Origin: Geosiphon pyriformis uo1
Taxonomy: Eukaryota > Fungi > Glomeromycota
Direction of reading: 5' to 3'
DNA: 64,000 nucleotides
Assembly: GCA_016748015.1 (NCBI GenBank)
Contig: JAAOMT010000620.1
Coordinates: 160,940-224,939 of the forward strand
Positions 25,446 to 38,293 of the stretch are shown here, in pieces (positions within the stretch are counted from its first letter, which is position 1; each line of letters begins with the position of its first letter). The notes beneath the pieces are model-generated. The model was given only the letters and a program-made list of their open reading frames with translations, was not told where the DNA came from and did not search any database. A program made the translations under genes and the position numbers.

Positions 25446-27076
25446 ATGACACTAACATTACTTCGAAAAATTTTTCAACGACAAAATATAAACCTCCAAA
25501 GACATATTATACTGATAAATAAACCACAACGTTTAGCATATTCGAGTACTAAAGATAAAATTTTTGAATACGAAAAATGTACTCCATGTAAACACAAACC
25601 AAAGCGTGACGAATGTGATCGTTTAGAGTGGTGTGGTCAATGTGCTTACAACTTCTCCCAAGAGAAAATTCCTAACTATCTTAGCAATGATCCTATCATT
25701 GATAACTTCATTAAAGATATGCAGCTTCAATCAACATCTCGGAATGGATTTATTCACTGGATACCTTTTAAAAATTTTGAGAATAAAGAATTTTTAGGTA
25801 ACGGTGGTTTTGCAGAAGTATTCTCAGCGACTTTAAACAATTGGCCTTGCATCGGATTCAAGAAAACTGTTGTGAACCCATTTAATATCGATGAATGGAG
25901 CAATAAAAGTGTTGTTTTGAAAATCATGAAAAATGGTCACAAGATTAGTAAAGATTATCTCAAACAGGTATTAAAATTTTTGGTCATTTATTACCACAAA
26001 GCTTTATTTCAAAATATATAACTTCACTAAATTATATTTTATTGAGGTTGAACCCACAATCAAATATAATTTTGAAATCATGAGATTTTATGGGTTTACT
26101 CAGGCAAGCTATCTCGATCGAATGATTATTTGGCTTGGCATATGAAATAAGCTTATTTAACTTTTTGAATTAATAATTTAAGGATCCAGACACCGGAAAC
26201 TATGCCATGGTCATGAAAAAATACAAAAAAGACTATCGTAGTTACCTTAAAAATCCACCTCGAATAGATTCCTGGCGCGAAAGATTCTCTAAACTACAAT
26301 ATATTGCAGATCGTTTAAGAAGCATTCATGATGCTGGATATATTCACTGCGATTTTCATACTGGCAACCTCTTTTATCAGAATTATCGATTAGGTCGAAT
26401 TGGGATCTGTGATTTTGGAATGTGTAAACCAGCAAATTATGATTCGTTAGCCACAAATATAACAACAATTTATGGAGTGCTCCCTTATGTTGCTCCTGAG
26501 GTTCTTAAAGGCCAACCGTATACAACTGCATCTGATGTCTACAGTTTTGGTATAGTGATGAATGAAATAGCCTCTGGTTATGCTCCTTTCCATGACCGCA
26601 ATTATGATGCTAGTCTTTATCACGACATTATCAAGAATGGCCAAAGACCACTCATTACAAAGGGAACACCTGAAGCAATCAAGAAATTAATCCAAGATTG
26701 TTGGCACACCGATCCAAATGAACGGCCAAATCTAAAGGATATTGTGATGCACCTTAGACAATTGGAATTATATCAAATAAAGGATATAGAAATTTACAAA
26801 CAATTTAAAGTGGCCGATAACTGGGAAAAGCTCAATTCACGATTGACCGGATACTACTTTAAAAAGGAAAGAATTTTCAGCCAACCAATTATTTCTTATC
26901 CTACTTCTTATGCCACTGTTAATTTGGATAATTCAAATCTATCAACTAATTCAGGTTTTATATTCTATATTTAAATTCTTTCATTAATTTTTTACCAGTG
27001 TATAAATTTTAACATATTCTTATTTTTACTAGTTCCGATTACTATTTTATTGGAAAACGCAAAAGAAAATCGATAG
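25446..27076 (+). CDS. Tyrosine-kinase-like (TKL) protein kinase, non-RD, with N-terminal CxxC..WCxxC segment; 4 exons, ~464 aa
   Basis: Exons 25446-25967, 26047-26103, 26183-26954 and 27033-27076 (last exon less certain). Motifs GNGGFAEV, VVLK, FYGFTQ|DPDTGNYAMVM, HCDFHTGN, DFG, YVAPE, DVYSFG, CW..DPNERP. Confidence 0.9.
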
Positions 27077-27399
27077 GCGATTAGGATTTTTCCTTCATTT
27101 TCGTTTCATATTATATCATATCCTAACATATATACAGATTTTAAATTTTTACAAATTTGTTATAATTTTCTTGTTAGAAATTAAAATACTATAAACATGT
27201 CAAAGATCCAATTTTTAAAATAATATTATAAATATTAATTTGTTGCAGATTTTTGAGCAATAATTTGATTCAAAACTGTGGCTTATAATAAAATAAATTG
27301 AAGATGACATGTTAAAACCAATAGCTAATCTTGAAACAATAATTTATTGTTTTTAATTAATTTTTTTATAATTTATTTATTTCAAGAAAAGTTTTTACA

Positions 27400-28900
27400 T
27401 AAAAGCTTTTTAAAAGTCAAAACTTTGCAAGATTTGTTTTATTATTTTAAAAAATTTTTTAGGTTTTTTATATAATTATTATAAAAACAAACTACTAATA
27501 TTAAAATAATTAAAAAAAATAATTTATTATATCTAATTTAACTATATTTATATACTTATAAAAAAACATATTTTTTACATATTATTAATTATTTAAACCA
27601 GTTAAAATTATTTTACAATACTGTATAATTTAATATATATTTATTTATTTTGCAATTTTTAAAATTAATATAATAGCTTTTATTACTTAAAGTATTTATT
27701 ATTATTATTATTATTAAAACTTTTATATTATAATTAACTTATTTTATTATTATTAAAATTTATTTTATATATATTTTCAAAAACATAATATAATTAATAA
27801 ATAATTCACATTTTAATTTTTTGAAAATAATATTTTTTTATCAAATTTTATAACCATAATTATTAACAACAAAGAAAAAAAATTATTTAAAAATTATCAT
27901 AGACTTAACAATTTTTAACATGGTAAAAAAAGTAATTTAATTTTGATAAAATAATCAAAAAATTTTAAAATGTAAAGTCTATATTGTTTTTAATTACCAA
28001 TTTAAAACCAACAAAACTATATAACAATTAAAATATAGTTTATATATAAGTTAATTTTATTTTTGGAAAAACATCAAGATAAAAGCCAACCAATCAAAAA
28101 TTTTTAATAAATAATAATAATTTTTTAGCTCTTAAAAATTATTGTTGAAAAATGTAATAACATTAAATAAAAATAATATTGCTTTAATGTTTATAACATT
28201 AATTAAATTTTTAAAATTGGTAATAATATTAAATAAAAACATGTTTTAAAATGCAAATTGTTTATTTTTTATAATAAATAATTAATCAGAAATAATTACA
28301 GTAAATAACACAGCCAAAAGGTAATTTTTGTTTATTTTATTACATGTATTATTGCTATTATTGTCCAAATTAGAAATATTTTTATTGTTTACAACCAGTT
28401 TTTTAAAATTGATAAAACAGAGCTGGTAAAAAAAGTAATTGAATCGAAGCTACTTTTTCTAAAAAAAAAGCAGATTAACAATAATATTAAAGTTTTTAAA
28501 AACACAAAGCTGTCGTTTTGAAAAATACAAAAAAAAATCTTTGTTAAAAATATTAATGATTATTAATATTAGTAGTTTTAGGCCATTTTATTTTTTCTAG
28601 TTATTTCAAAAATAATAGTAGTTGTAGTAATTATTGCAAAAATTGTTAAAAACTTTCAGTGAAAAAAAAAAGTATTTAATAATAACTAAAGATTCTTTTA
28701 AATTTTATTATTTAATAAATTGGTATTTTATTACAATTTTGTAAAGATTATCAAGCCACATAAAATCAATATAATATAATATATTAAATTTTGTGTTTCA
28801 ATACATTTTAATATCTGAAAGGTCTGTTCAACTATATTGATATAATTTAACCTTATATTAGCTAGATCTGTTAAAAAAAATACAGTATTAAAACTGTTTA
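27400..28900. repeat. Very AT-rich, C/G-depleted segment, probably a heavily decayed repeat
   Basis: Composition only: few G/C and almost no CpG. No motif could be identified. Confidence 0.35.
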
Positions 28901-29817
28901 TTCAATTATATATATGAAGAAAATATCCATTAGATTAACTTATTTTCAAATAATAGTAATAAAAAATAATTTTGATGCTTTGGAACTGAATTAAATTTAT
29001 TCTAAAGCGAGGTCAGTCAACAAAATTTCCTAATGATTGAATAAATCTTAAAATTTTATTTTTTCATCGAAAAGGTGATATCAGGCTCAAATTTTCTAGT
29101 GTCAAAATTAGACTTTGCTATATATATTTAAAAGCAAAGCCAAAAAATTATAAGAGTTGTTTTAAAATTCATTTTGGACGAATCTATAAGAGAGGCCAAA
29201 AAATTTAGAGAATTGTCATCTGGACGATTCAAAAGAATTTTCCTCAGAGATTAGATTAGAAATATTATTATTACCTTAAACTAATATTTAGTAATTAACT
29301 TGGACGCGAGTAGTTCAAATAATTAGCTAAACAAATTCGGTTAAAAGAAAATGGTAAAATTTTCAATGATTATTTGAACGATGAGAAAAAATTTTCCCCA
29401 ACATTTTTTCAAGCTTTTTGTTTTTTTCTCGATTAAAATATTTAATATAAAATTCACATACACGATAAAGATTGAAAAATTGAAGTACAAACTTAATAAT
29501 TTAAAGCAAAAAATATTTCAAGAGAAAAGATTGGTTTAATTCAAGATTAAAATTCACAGACTAAAATTATCTTTTTATAGAAAAATATCCTTTTCAAGTA
29601 TAAGGAAATATAACTTTCGAATTGTATTTTTACTCAATATTTTAAACTCTGTCATTTTATACATAGATTTGACCAATTTATTAGATTCCTCTTGTTAAAA
29701 TACATTATCAAAATGTAATGTTAAAGAATTTCGGATTATACCTTAATTTAAGTTTATTTATTGAAAAGCATTTCAAATTATAATATGACAAAACCTCAAG
29801 TTTTCAAATTTTACTAT

Positions 29818-30079
29818 CTAAATATTTTTGAACCCTTGAGAACCAAATTTCCCAAATTCCTCACAATCATTCATCAAAACCCCAAAGTAAGGACCTTGGT
29901 GCACAAAATTGTCTGAAACATCGTTGAAAGTTTGGCTGGCGTTGCATATCTATGGATTAAATAAAGCCAAAAAAAATTAAGAATTTCATGTTCCTAATGT
30001 GATTACATTAAAAGAGTAACACTTACTAGACTCTCGCGATCAATTGCCGCTGCCCTACAAATATAATACTCCTCCTTTA

Positions 30080-30121
<42 letters not shown>

Positions 30122-31305
30122 CATTATCCCCGCAGTTACAATCATTTGAACTTGGCTTAATCCATAGCTCAGGATTTGAATGAAACATTGTTCCTTGAAT
30201 ACCAATAGGGAAATGAGGGACATGATCATTTCCATAAGTGACTCTAAGGATCCCCCTTTTATAAGGGTTGGTAGATTTTGCGAAACTTGAGTTTCCGACT
30301 CTTGGGGCACCAAATGTAATAACCTGAAAGGGCATCAGTTTGTATAGTATGCCTAGATTTTTTTCAATTTGATATAATTGGCCTGCTAATGTTGCATAAG
30401 CTATGAAATAAAAGTATTTCATTAGCTCGAATATCATCTCTGAAATCAAGACTATAGAATTTTTCAATGAAAATACAAACCACCACCAACAGCATGCCCT
30501 ATAAAATAAATCTTTTTGATTGCAACCTTTTTCAATTCAAAAGCATCATCAAATTTTTGAATTATAAGAGGCCACATATACAGAATATCTTCCAGCCATT
30601 CTTGATCTACTAACATAGAATTTTCAGACCCAGTTTCTAACATTGGATGCTTAAATGGGACGAGTTTTGGTTTTCTTGAAATCCATTGTGATTTTGTCAA
30701 CGTCTGAAGATGTGTTTTTAAGAACGAGTTAAAGTAGAGTGAAAAAATTTGGTTTGTAGTAATCAAAAAAGACTTGAGATAATTTTCTAATATAGTTTTT
30801 CAAATGTTTAATACCTTTCCTTTAAAGTAGATAATCATATCTGAATCTGCTATAATTTGATGAGGGTCATTCACAAAAAATCCTCCATGTGCTTTAAAAG
30901 AAGTTTTATATTTAGAAATTTTAATTAATTGAAATTTCAATAAACGATTTTAAAATTTTTCTTTTCTCATAGTTTACCCACTACGTCCTTTTTTCCAACC
31001 ACTTTTCCAAACATATTTTTTTGTGGCATGCAGTAAGCGTAATTTGCTATAAATGCGAAGAGTCGAAGATCTTTAACTAGCCTGCTTTTTAAAGTAATCG
31101 CTTCTTTTAATACAGGACGAGGTAATCCAAAATGGGTGTAAAAATAGTTTAAATGGGACCAAATATTATCGTTTGTAGAATTGACTTGGCCATCTTTTAA
31201 TGCAATATATTTCTCGTTTGAATTGGAAATTTCAAAATTCTTTGCGTTAATAAAAAGGCTGCCAAACAGTAGCAAAGAAAAGTTTAGAAAAAGTAAAACT
31301 TTCAT
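29818..31305 (-). CDS. Secreted class-3 lipase-like protein, copy D (Ser replaced by Ala); 5 exons, ~377 aa
   Basis: Exons 31305-30978, 30891-30815, 30703-30481, 30400-30027 and 29949-29818 give an open frame with a signal peptide. Motifs GHAVGG (codon 30491-30493), TFGAPRVGN, NDHVPHFP, FVHQGPYFG. Confidence 0.9.
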
Positions 31306-34300
31306 TCTTTCTCATAAAAAATGTAGAGGATATTGGTAGATTGATTTTATTGATATTCGAACAAAAATGTGATTAATCGACCCTGGGATGGGGGCGTATA
31401 TTAAATGATGATGATTTTGATGATACAAATTTATCTCCTAGACTATCAGATTATGCTATTAATTAAAGTTCAATAAATTTTTACCGCAAAATATTGATTT
31501 TTAGGAAGATCATATAATGGATTAATCACTAGTAACTCCGAAGATCAATTGTTTTAATTATATGCGGCCATCAATCTGGAAGCTTTAGATTGTGTTTGAT
31601 TTTCCAGGAGCAAAAATTTTAGCCTAGTGTGCAATACTATTTGTGATCGTTAAGTTAATTCATGATTAAAAATCTTGATCTTTATTCTCTGGATATTCTT
31701 AGATTTTGTTGGATCGTTATTAAGAGAAGAACGATTGGTTTCCTTGCATTTGTAATTTTGGATTAAAGAAGAAAACAATAAATTTATCGAATTTCACGAC
31801 GATTATTATTTTAACTAGACAATGAACATCGCCTTAAAATGTTACCATATTTTGCATATGAATTTTTTGTTTATAGAAAAAAAAGCGGTGTTTTAAGCAT
31901 CAAAATCTTTTAATCTTGTCCATGAGTTCTTAAAACATTTGACTTTTTAGTTTCATTTATATTTATCAATTATTTTTCAAGTTGGGTTAAATAGTGTATT
32001 TATGTATAAATTCTAATTGTTGAAAAATAAATAAGGGGTGATTATATGATTTTAATCTTAATATTTCTATTTAAAAACAAATGGTTTTTTTAATTAGCTA
32101 TTTATTTTAAAAATATCAATGCAAAATTTAATCTTCAATATTAAAAACTGATTTATTAAAGTAAACCTATTGGATTGACCTGGTTTTAATAAATAATTTA
32201 AAACCATATGTAAATCTGTATTGGTTAACTAATTATTGTATTTTACAATAATAATGGGTTTTTTTTATTTTTATTGACTTGAATATCAATAAAAATTTAT
32301 ATTTAAAGATAATAATTTTTTTTGAATTTTGCATTTGAGTGTTAACTTTTTATTTATTTTCTTATGTATTAGTAAATAATCTATTACCAGATGATAATAC
32401 TATTAATCAATAATTAAATTTATTAGAGTTTTGATAAAGAAGAAAAAATTTAACATATTAATATTCAATCTTTAATTAATGAATTTTTATTTGTTTGAAA
32501 TTAATTCATTTTATCAATTAAAACCATATTATATCATAAAGAGATTATTAAAGTTGCTAATGTCTAAGGATTTTTAAGAAATTGAAAAAGTTGAAAATAT
32601 TGCAAACATAAAAAAAACTATATTATTATTGATTTGAATAGGGAGATTGTAATGATAAAATAAAAAAATAACTTTATAGCTTTATAGCTTTAATTCAAAC
32701 TTCTTCAATTCTTAAGCCAGTTTCATATATTTTTTAGATTCTTTTAGAATAAACATTTTAAACTATAAAAATATATATAAAATAATTGTTCTTTAAATGA
32801 ATGATGAACATTCATGGCTTTGTAGATTTCTTAATTTAAAGACTCTCTGGTATTAAAATTTGAAAAAAAAATTAGATTTAGTTTATGCCGAATTAGTTTA
32901 GATGAGTTAAATTCTTGCCTTTTCTTAGAAATGTCTCACTCGTTATTTAAGGTAGGTTGTTTATTACTAAAAATTTTTTTGGTTCTTAATCAAAATATTT
33001 TGCTTTATATTTAAAATAGCTTTGTGTAGCTCAATGAGCACTGAATTAAAATTGAGAATTAGGAGTGTGTTTTTGCATAGAGTTAGCTTGGTTTTTTGGG
33101 TGTCAAAAAGTTAAAATTGTTATTGTGATTATTATGCTTGACAATTTTTTATTATGGAGGTGAAAGGTTTTTTTTTTGAATTTGGGTGAAATAATTATAA
33201 TTTTTAAATGGAACTTGGTTGAATTGATTTTGAATTGAAAGGTATTTTCTTTTTATTTTTATTTTGTAACTGATTTGAAAAATATCAAATTATGAATGCG
33301 TTTACAAATGATTTTGAAGTTAGTTAAATAAGGAAATCTTATTAACATTTACGCGAAAATATTTTTGATTATTAGAGTAGAGAATTAGAAAAAGAATATT
33401 ATTTCTCAAGGCAAGATTTTTAGAAACTTGATAATTTATAGCTGTTGGTTAAAAATATAGAATAAAATACTAAGATTATGAAATTCTGCTGTTTAATATT
33501 AAATATATTGAGTTTTTGAATTAAATACTTTTTTCAAACAATTTTACTTTGTCTTTAAACAGTTAAACCACTTAAATTTTTGAGTTAGTTTAATAATGGT
33601 AAAAAGAACAATCATTACTCCGAGTTTAATTTTTGTTTTTGCCAAAATCCTGTATATTTTTATATTCAGAAAAAATTTGATATATATGAAAAATTTACAA
33701 AATTCTTAGAAGAATTTCTTCATATTTAAATATATTGCTTTTTTATCTAGAAATTAAATAATTATAACTTAAGACATAGACTACATAACCCAAACAAAAC
33801 TTTTTTTAGTCAAAATGTTTTTTAAAGTATATTTTGAGTCATTGTTTTTTTTTTTTGAAATATTAGTTGAATTTTTATATAAATAAATATTAAAAATTTT
33901 TGTAATACAACTGTTTATTTATTTATATAATCATTTTAGTTTTTCAAAAAACACATTTTTATAATAAAAGATGCTTGTTTGTTCATTAAATTCAGTTATT
34001 TTTGGCTTTTTAGGTGAAAAAAAATTATTTTAACAAATTAGCAATATAATCAAGTTTAAAAAGCTTGTTGCAAACTGTTTGAACCGTATTTGAAATTCTG
34101 AATGTGTTTTTTAAAGTCATGTTATTGTTATTTTAGCTGTTGTAAAAAAAATAATCAAGTTTTTTGTGGACAATTAGGAGAATAACTAATTTGGATTCTT
34201 TAAGAGTAATAATATAAAATTTAGAGGAATGAAGTAGAAATTCCAGGTAAAATTTCAGCAACATTATCAAAAATTTTTTACAATTTTGTGGTTGGACCCC

Positions 34301-34939
34301 CCAAAAAAGTTTTCAGGAATTTAAAGAGATATTATAATAATTTTTGTACATTCTGTGAAAAAAATGATGTGACTAGAGATTTTTTAATTTAAAACAATTT
34401 TTTTTATAAATTTAAAATTTTACTTATAGATAGAATTTATTTGTATTTTTAATTAATTAAAATAAATATTTTTTAGTTTGTTTTAAGTTTATTAATTAAT
34501 ATTCACATTGATTTGAATTATTTCCAATAGATATATAAAGTTGAATAATATTTTAGATTTAATTTTATGTTTTTTTTTTTTAATTTTTATTAAAATTCAT
34601 TTCTTTTGTTTTAACCAACTTTTTAGTTATTTAGGTGAGAATAAGTGAAATGGTAGTAAATATTATTCATTAAACTTTTGTTACAAAAACAAAAATTCTT
34701 TGAATTAGAAATAAAATATATATATAATATATATTGTAGATTTATACAGTTATTTTTTATATTGATTCTAATCTATTTATTTTAGAAAATAAGCGTGTCT
34801 TTTACTTCAATTCAACATTTTTTTTTCTTTTTATTACTATTTAAATTTTTTTAGTCATGATATTTTATTTTTATCTGTTATTTAGCATCATATTAATAAG
34901 ATTATTCATGACCATGTTGATAAGTAGAAGGCGTATATA

Positions 34940-35314
34940 CAGTCACCTCCGAAATTAACGCCCAAATTTATTTTTTATACAATTTTAAATGTTTATTTGA
35001 TTTATTCTAAACCTAACTTATATACATATAACTTTTTTATATATATAATTAATAGTGTGTTGGCCCTCCATTTGCTTCCAATACTGCTTCAATTCTTTGT
35101 GGCATTGAGTCTACAACCCGTTTCAAAACTGACATATTAAAACTTGACCATTCCTTCTTTAGAGCACTTTTAAGTTCCTCTATAGTTCTTGGAAAGTTTT
35201 CATGTTTTTGAATATTTTCCTTCATTATTTTCCACACATTTTCTATGGGGTTTAGATCAGGAGAACTGGCTGGCCAATTCATAATCTCAATGTTTTTGTC
35301 TTTGAACCATTTTT
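34940..35314 (-). mobile_element. Tc1/mariner DNA transposon, 3' end (transposase C-terminus plus terminal inverted repeat), cut by the assembly gap
   Basis: ORF 35049-35282 reads WPASSPDLNPIENVW...SMPQRIEAVLEANGGPTHY*, the canonical Tc1 DD34E C-terminus. The terminus TA|CAGTCACCTCCGAAATTAACGCCC at 34938-34963 fits a TA target and a CAGT TIR start. Confidence 0.9.
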
Positions 35315-35972
35315 NNNNNNNNNNNNNNNNNNNNNNNNNNNNNNNNNNNNNNNNNNNNNNNNNNNNNNNNNNNNNNNNNNNNNNNNNNNNNNNNNNNNNN
35401 NNNNNNNNNNNNNNNNNNNNNNNNNNNNNNNNNNNNNNNNNNNNNNNNNNNNNNNNNNNNNNNNNNNNNNNNNNNNNNNNNNNNNNNNNNNNNNNNNNNN
35501 NNNNNNNNNNNNNNNNNNNNNNNNNNNNNNNNNNNNNNNNNNNNNNNNNNNNNNNNNNNNNNNNNNNNNNNNNNNNNNNNNNNNNNNNNNNNNNNNNNNN
35601 NNNNNNNNNNNNNNNNNNNNNNNNNNNNNNNNNNNNNNNNNNNNNNNNNNNNNNNNNNNNNNNNNNNNNNNNNNNNNNNNNNNNNNNNNNNNNNNNNNNN
35701 NNNNNNNNNNNNNNNNNNNNNNNNNNNNNNNNNNNNNNNNNNNNNNNNNNNNNNNNNNNNNNNNNNNNNNNNNNNNNNNNNNNNNNNNNNNNNNNNNNNN
35801 NNNNNNNNNNNNNNNNNNNNNNNNNNNNNNNNNNNNNNNNNNNNNNNNNNNNNNNNNNNNNNNNNNNNNNNNNNNNNNNNNNNNNNNNNNNNNNNNNNNN
35901 NNNNNNNNNNNNNNNNNNNNNNNNNNNNNNNNNNNNNNNNNNNNNNNNNNNNNNNNNNNNNNNNNNNNNNNN
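35315..35972. other. Assembly gap (N run)
   Basis: 658 N characters. Confidence 1.
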
Positions 35973-36045
35973 GCATAAAACTGTTTCAAACCATTATGAC
36001 TTGAACCAATTGTTTTTGATTATAATAATTAACAATACTAATTTT

Positions 36046-36074
36046 TTTTCTTTTATTTTTATTTTTTTTATTTT

Positions 36075-36120
<46 letters not shown>

Positions 36121-36121
36121 T

Positions 36122-36196
<75 letters not shown>
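36046..36196. repeat. Long poly(T) tract
   Basis: Directly visible next to the gap; its length may be unreliable. Confidence 0.85.
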
Positions 36197-36200
<4 letters not shown>

Positions 36201-36633
36201 CTCAAAAAGTTTTGATTACGGAAAATTAATTTTTTTCTAATGGTTTGATTTTGTCTTATGTTGAGTAGCTGAAGTTACTCTCTTATTGGAAAATGAATAT
36301 GAATATGAATAGCTTTCATAAAGGATCATATTTTAAATTTTTCAACTCATTGAAATTGAAAATTTGGAAAATATTAATATTATTTAGAAATTTAAATAAA
36401 TATATATATATATTTTAAATATGATTTTATAATTTTATTTTGGTTAACAAAAATATAAAAATACAAGTAAATTAATTCTATTATTTAAAAGTTTGATAAA
36501 CCTAATCCATATCGGGATTGACGTTTGAAGATCAGAAATCCTTTAGAATAAAATTAGCCTTTATTTGTCCACAATCCACAATCCCCAATTTTTTTTTTTT
36601 TTTTTTTTATTAACTCTCCAATTTTATCATTTC

Positions 36634-37605
36634 ATGGAAAATATCACCGAATATTCGAAATCTGAGTTAAAAATCCTATCCATTAATCAGCTTAAAATAT
36701 CTAACTCCATGAAACCCGATTCATCATTAATTCAAAACGATGACTTGGAATTTCTAACAAAGTTTCTTGACTTCTTTCTCCAAATTATGAAATTTCAAAC
36801 TACTGAAGATACAACAAATGACACGATTACCATTCAACGTCTCAAATCTTTTATCATCAATCATAATAAAAATTTGGACTTGGTCATCGAATCGCTTAAA
36901 ACTAATCACAAATCAAATCCTCAATTCGGTTCTTTATTAGCCTACCTTTATGATCTCGGTCTTTCACCAAAAATCAAACTTTTACCACTGAACTTGGACT
37001 CTACTTATCACTCAATCGAGTCCTACAAACTTTATAAAAAATCCGCAAAACATAATGACTCGTTCGCCTTACTACGCCTTTCAATATACTACCGTTATGG
37101 GTTCCCAGAAAATACCGAAAATTTGCGTGAAGCACTAAATTGTCTTGTCAAATCAGCAAGGACCAACAATCATGGTGCCGCTCAAATTTTAGGAAATTGG
37201 TACACATGGGGTGAACTACCTGATCTAGGTATAGATATTAATCCCAAAAAAGCTATATATTGGTATGAGCAACCATCCAAAGCAGGAGATGAAAATTCAC
37301 AATATTTACTTGGAAATACTTATATTTATTTTGGAACTCTCGGCTTTTTACATCAACTATCCCCTTCAAACCTAAAAAATTTGCGAGATTATGAAAGAAA
37401 AGGATATTATTGGCTTGAGAAAGCGGCTACAAAATCACAAGTTGAAGCTCAATTTTCCCTTGCGGGCTGTTTAGCTATTGGACAAGGATGTCAGAAAGAT
37501 ATACATTTATCTATTAAGTGGTATTCGAGAGCGAAATTGAATGGTCATAAGAACATCCAAGCGTATTTGAGTAAATTGTTTAAGACTCACTATTGCAAAT
37601 GGTGA
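36634..37605 (+). CDS. Sel1-repeat (HCP-like) protein, intronless, ~323 aa
   Basis: First ATG at 36634. Sel1 repeats include LYKKSAKHNDSFALLRLSIYYRYG, AQILGNWYTWG..INPKKAIYWYEQPSKAGDENSQYLLG and WLEKAATKSQVEAQFSLAGCLAIGQGCQKDIHLSIKWYSRA. Confidence 0.88.
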   Translation: MENITEYSKSELKILSINQLKISNSMKPDSSLIQNDDLEFLTKFLDFFLQIMKFQTTEDTTNDTITIQRLKSFIINHNKNLDLVIESLKTNHKSNPQFGSLLAYLYDLGLSPKIKLLPLNLDSTYHSIESYKLYKKSAKHNDSFALLRLSIYYRYGFPENTENLREALNCLVKSARTNNHGAAQILGNWYTWGELPDLGIDINPKKAIYWYEQPSKAGDENSQYLLGNTYIYFGTLGFLHQLSPSNLKNLRDYERKGYYWLEKAATKSQVEAQFSLAGCLAIGQGCQKDIHLSIKWYSRAKLNGHKNIQAYLSKLFKTHYCKW

Positions 37606-37789
37606 TTATTCTTACAATTGTCTAAGAATCGAAAAAATTAAATCTACATTTTTGTATTATATTCTTGAAGAAAGTTTCATATTCAAAAATGATTTTCCCA
37701 GTAAATTGAATGAGTAAATTTTTAATAGAGAAAAGAGTTTACCCAATTAAAAATAAATTTTTTCATATATATATATTGTTTAAATTACT

Positions 37790-38259
37790 TTCAATCCTTA
37801 AAATTACCATAAAAATTAATAAAAGTAAAACAACATTAAAAAATAAAAAAAATATTATAATAAATATTATAATAAATATTTAATATAATTTATTTATTAA
37901 CAATAATAAATATAAAAAAATTATAAATAATAAAAACATAAAAAAAAAAATAAAACAATTAAAAATATTAAAAAAACGATTAAATTTGATAAATACAATA
38001 TTATATTATAATAATAATAATAATTTATATTAATAAATTAATTATATTTTTATATTTTTAAAAAAATATTTATAATGTTTTTTATTTTGATTGATTTAAA
38101 AACAATTAAATTAAACTTTTAAATACATATTTATATAAATAAAATTTATTATATAATAATAATTTTAAACAAAATACAAATTAAATAACTTTAAAATATT
38201 AATTATAAAAAATAAAATTTATAAAAAAATAAAGTTGAAATTAAAATTATATTAAAGTA

Positions 38260-38293
<34 letters not shown>

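Noticed and set aside
32200-34900. AT-rich region possibly derived from a transposon
   Set aside because: No termini or protein motifs found.
35245-36240. Long ORFs across the N run and the poly-Phe tail
   Set aside because: Artefacts of the assembly gap and the poly(T) tract.
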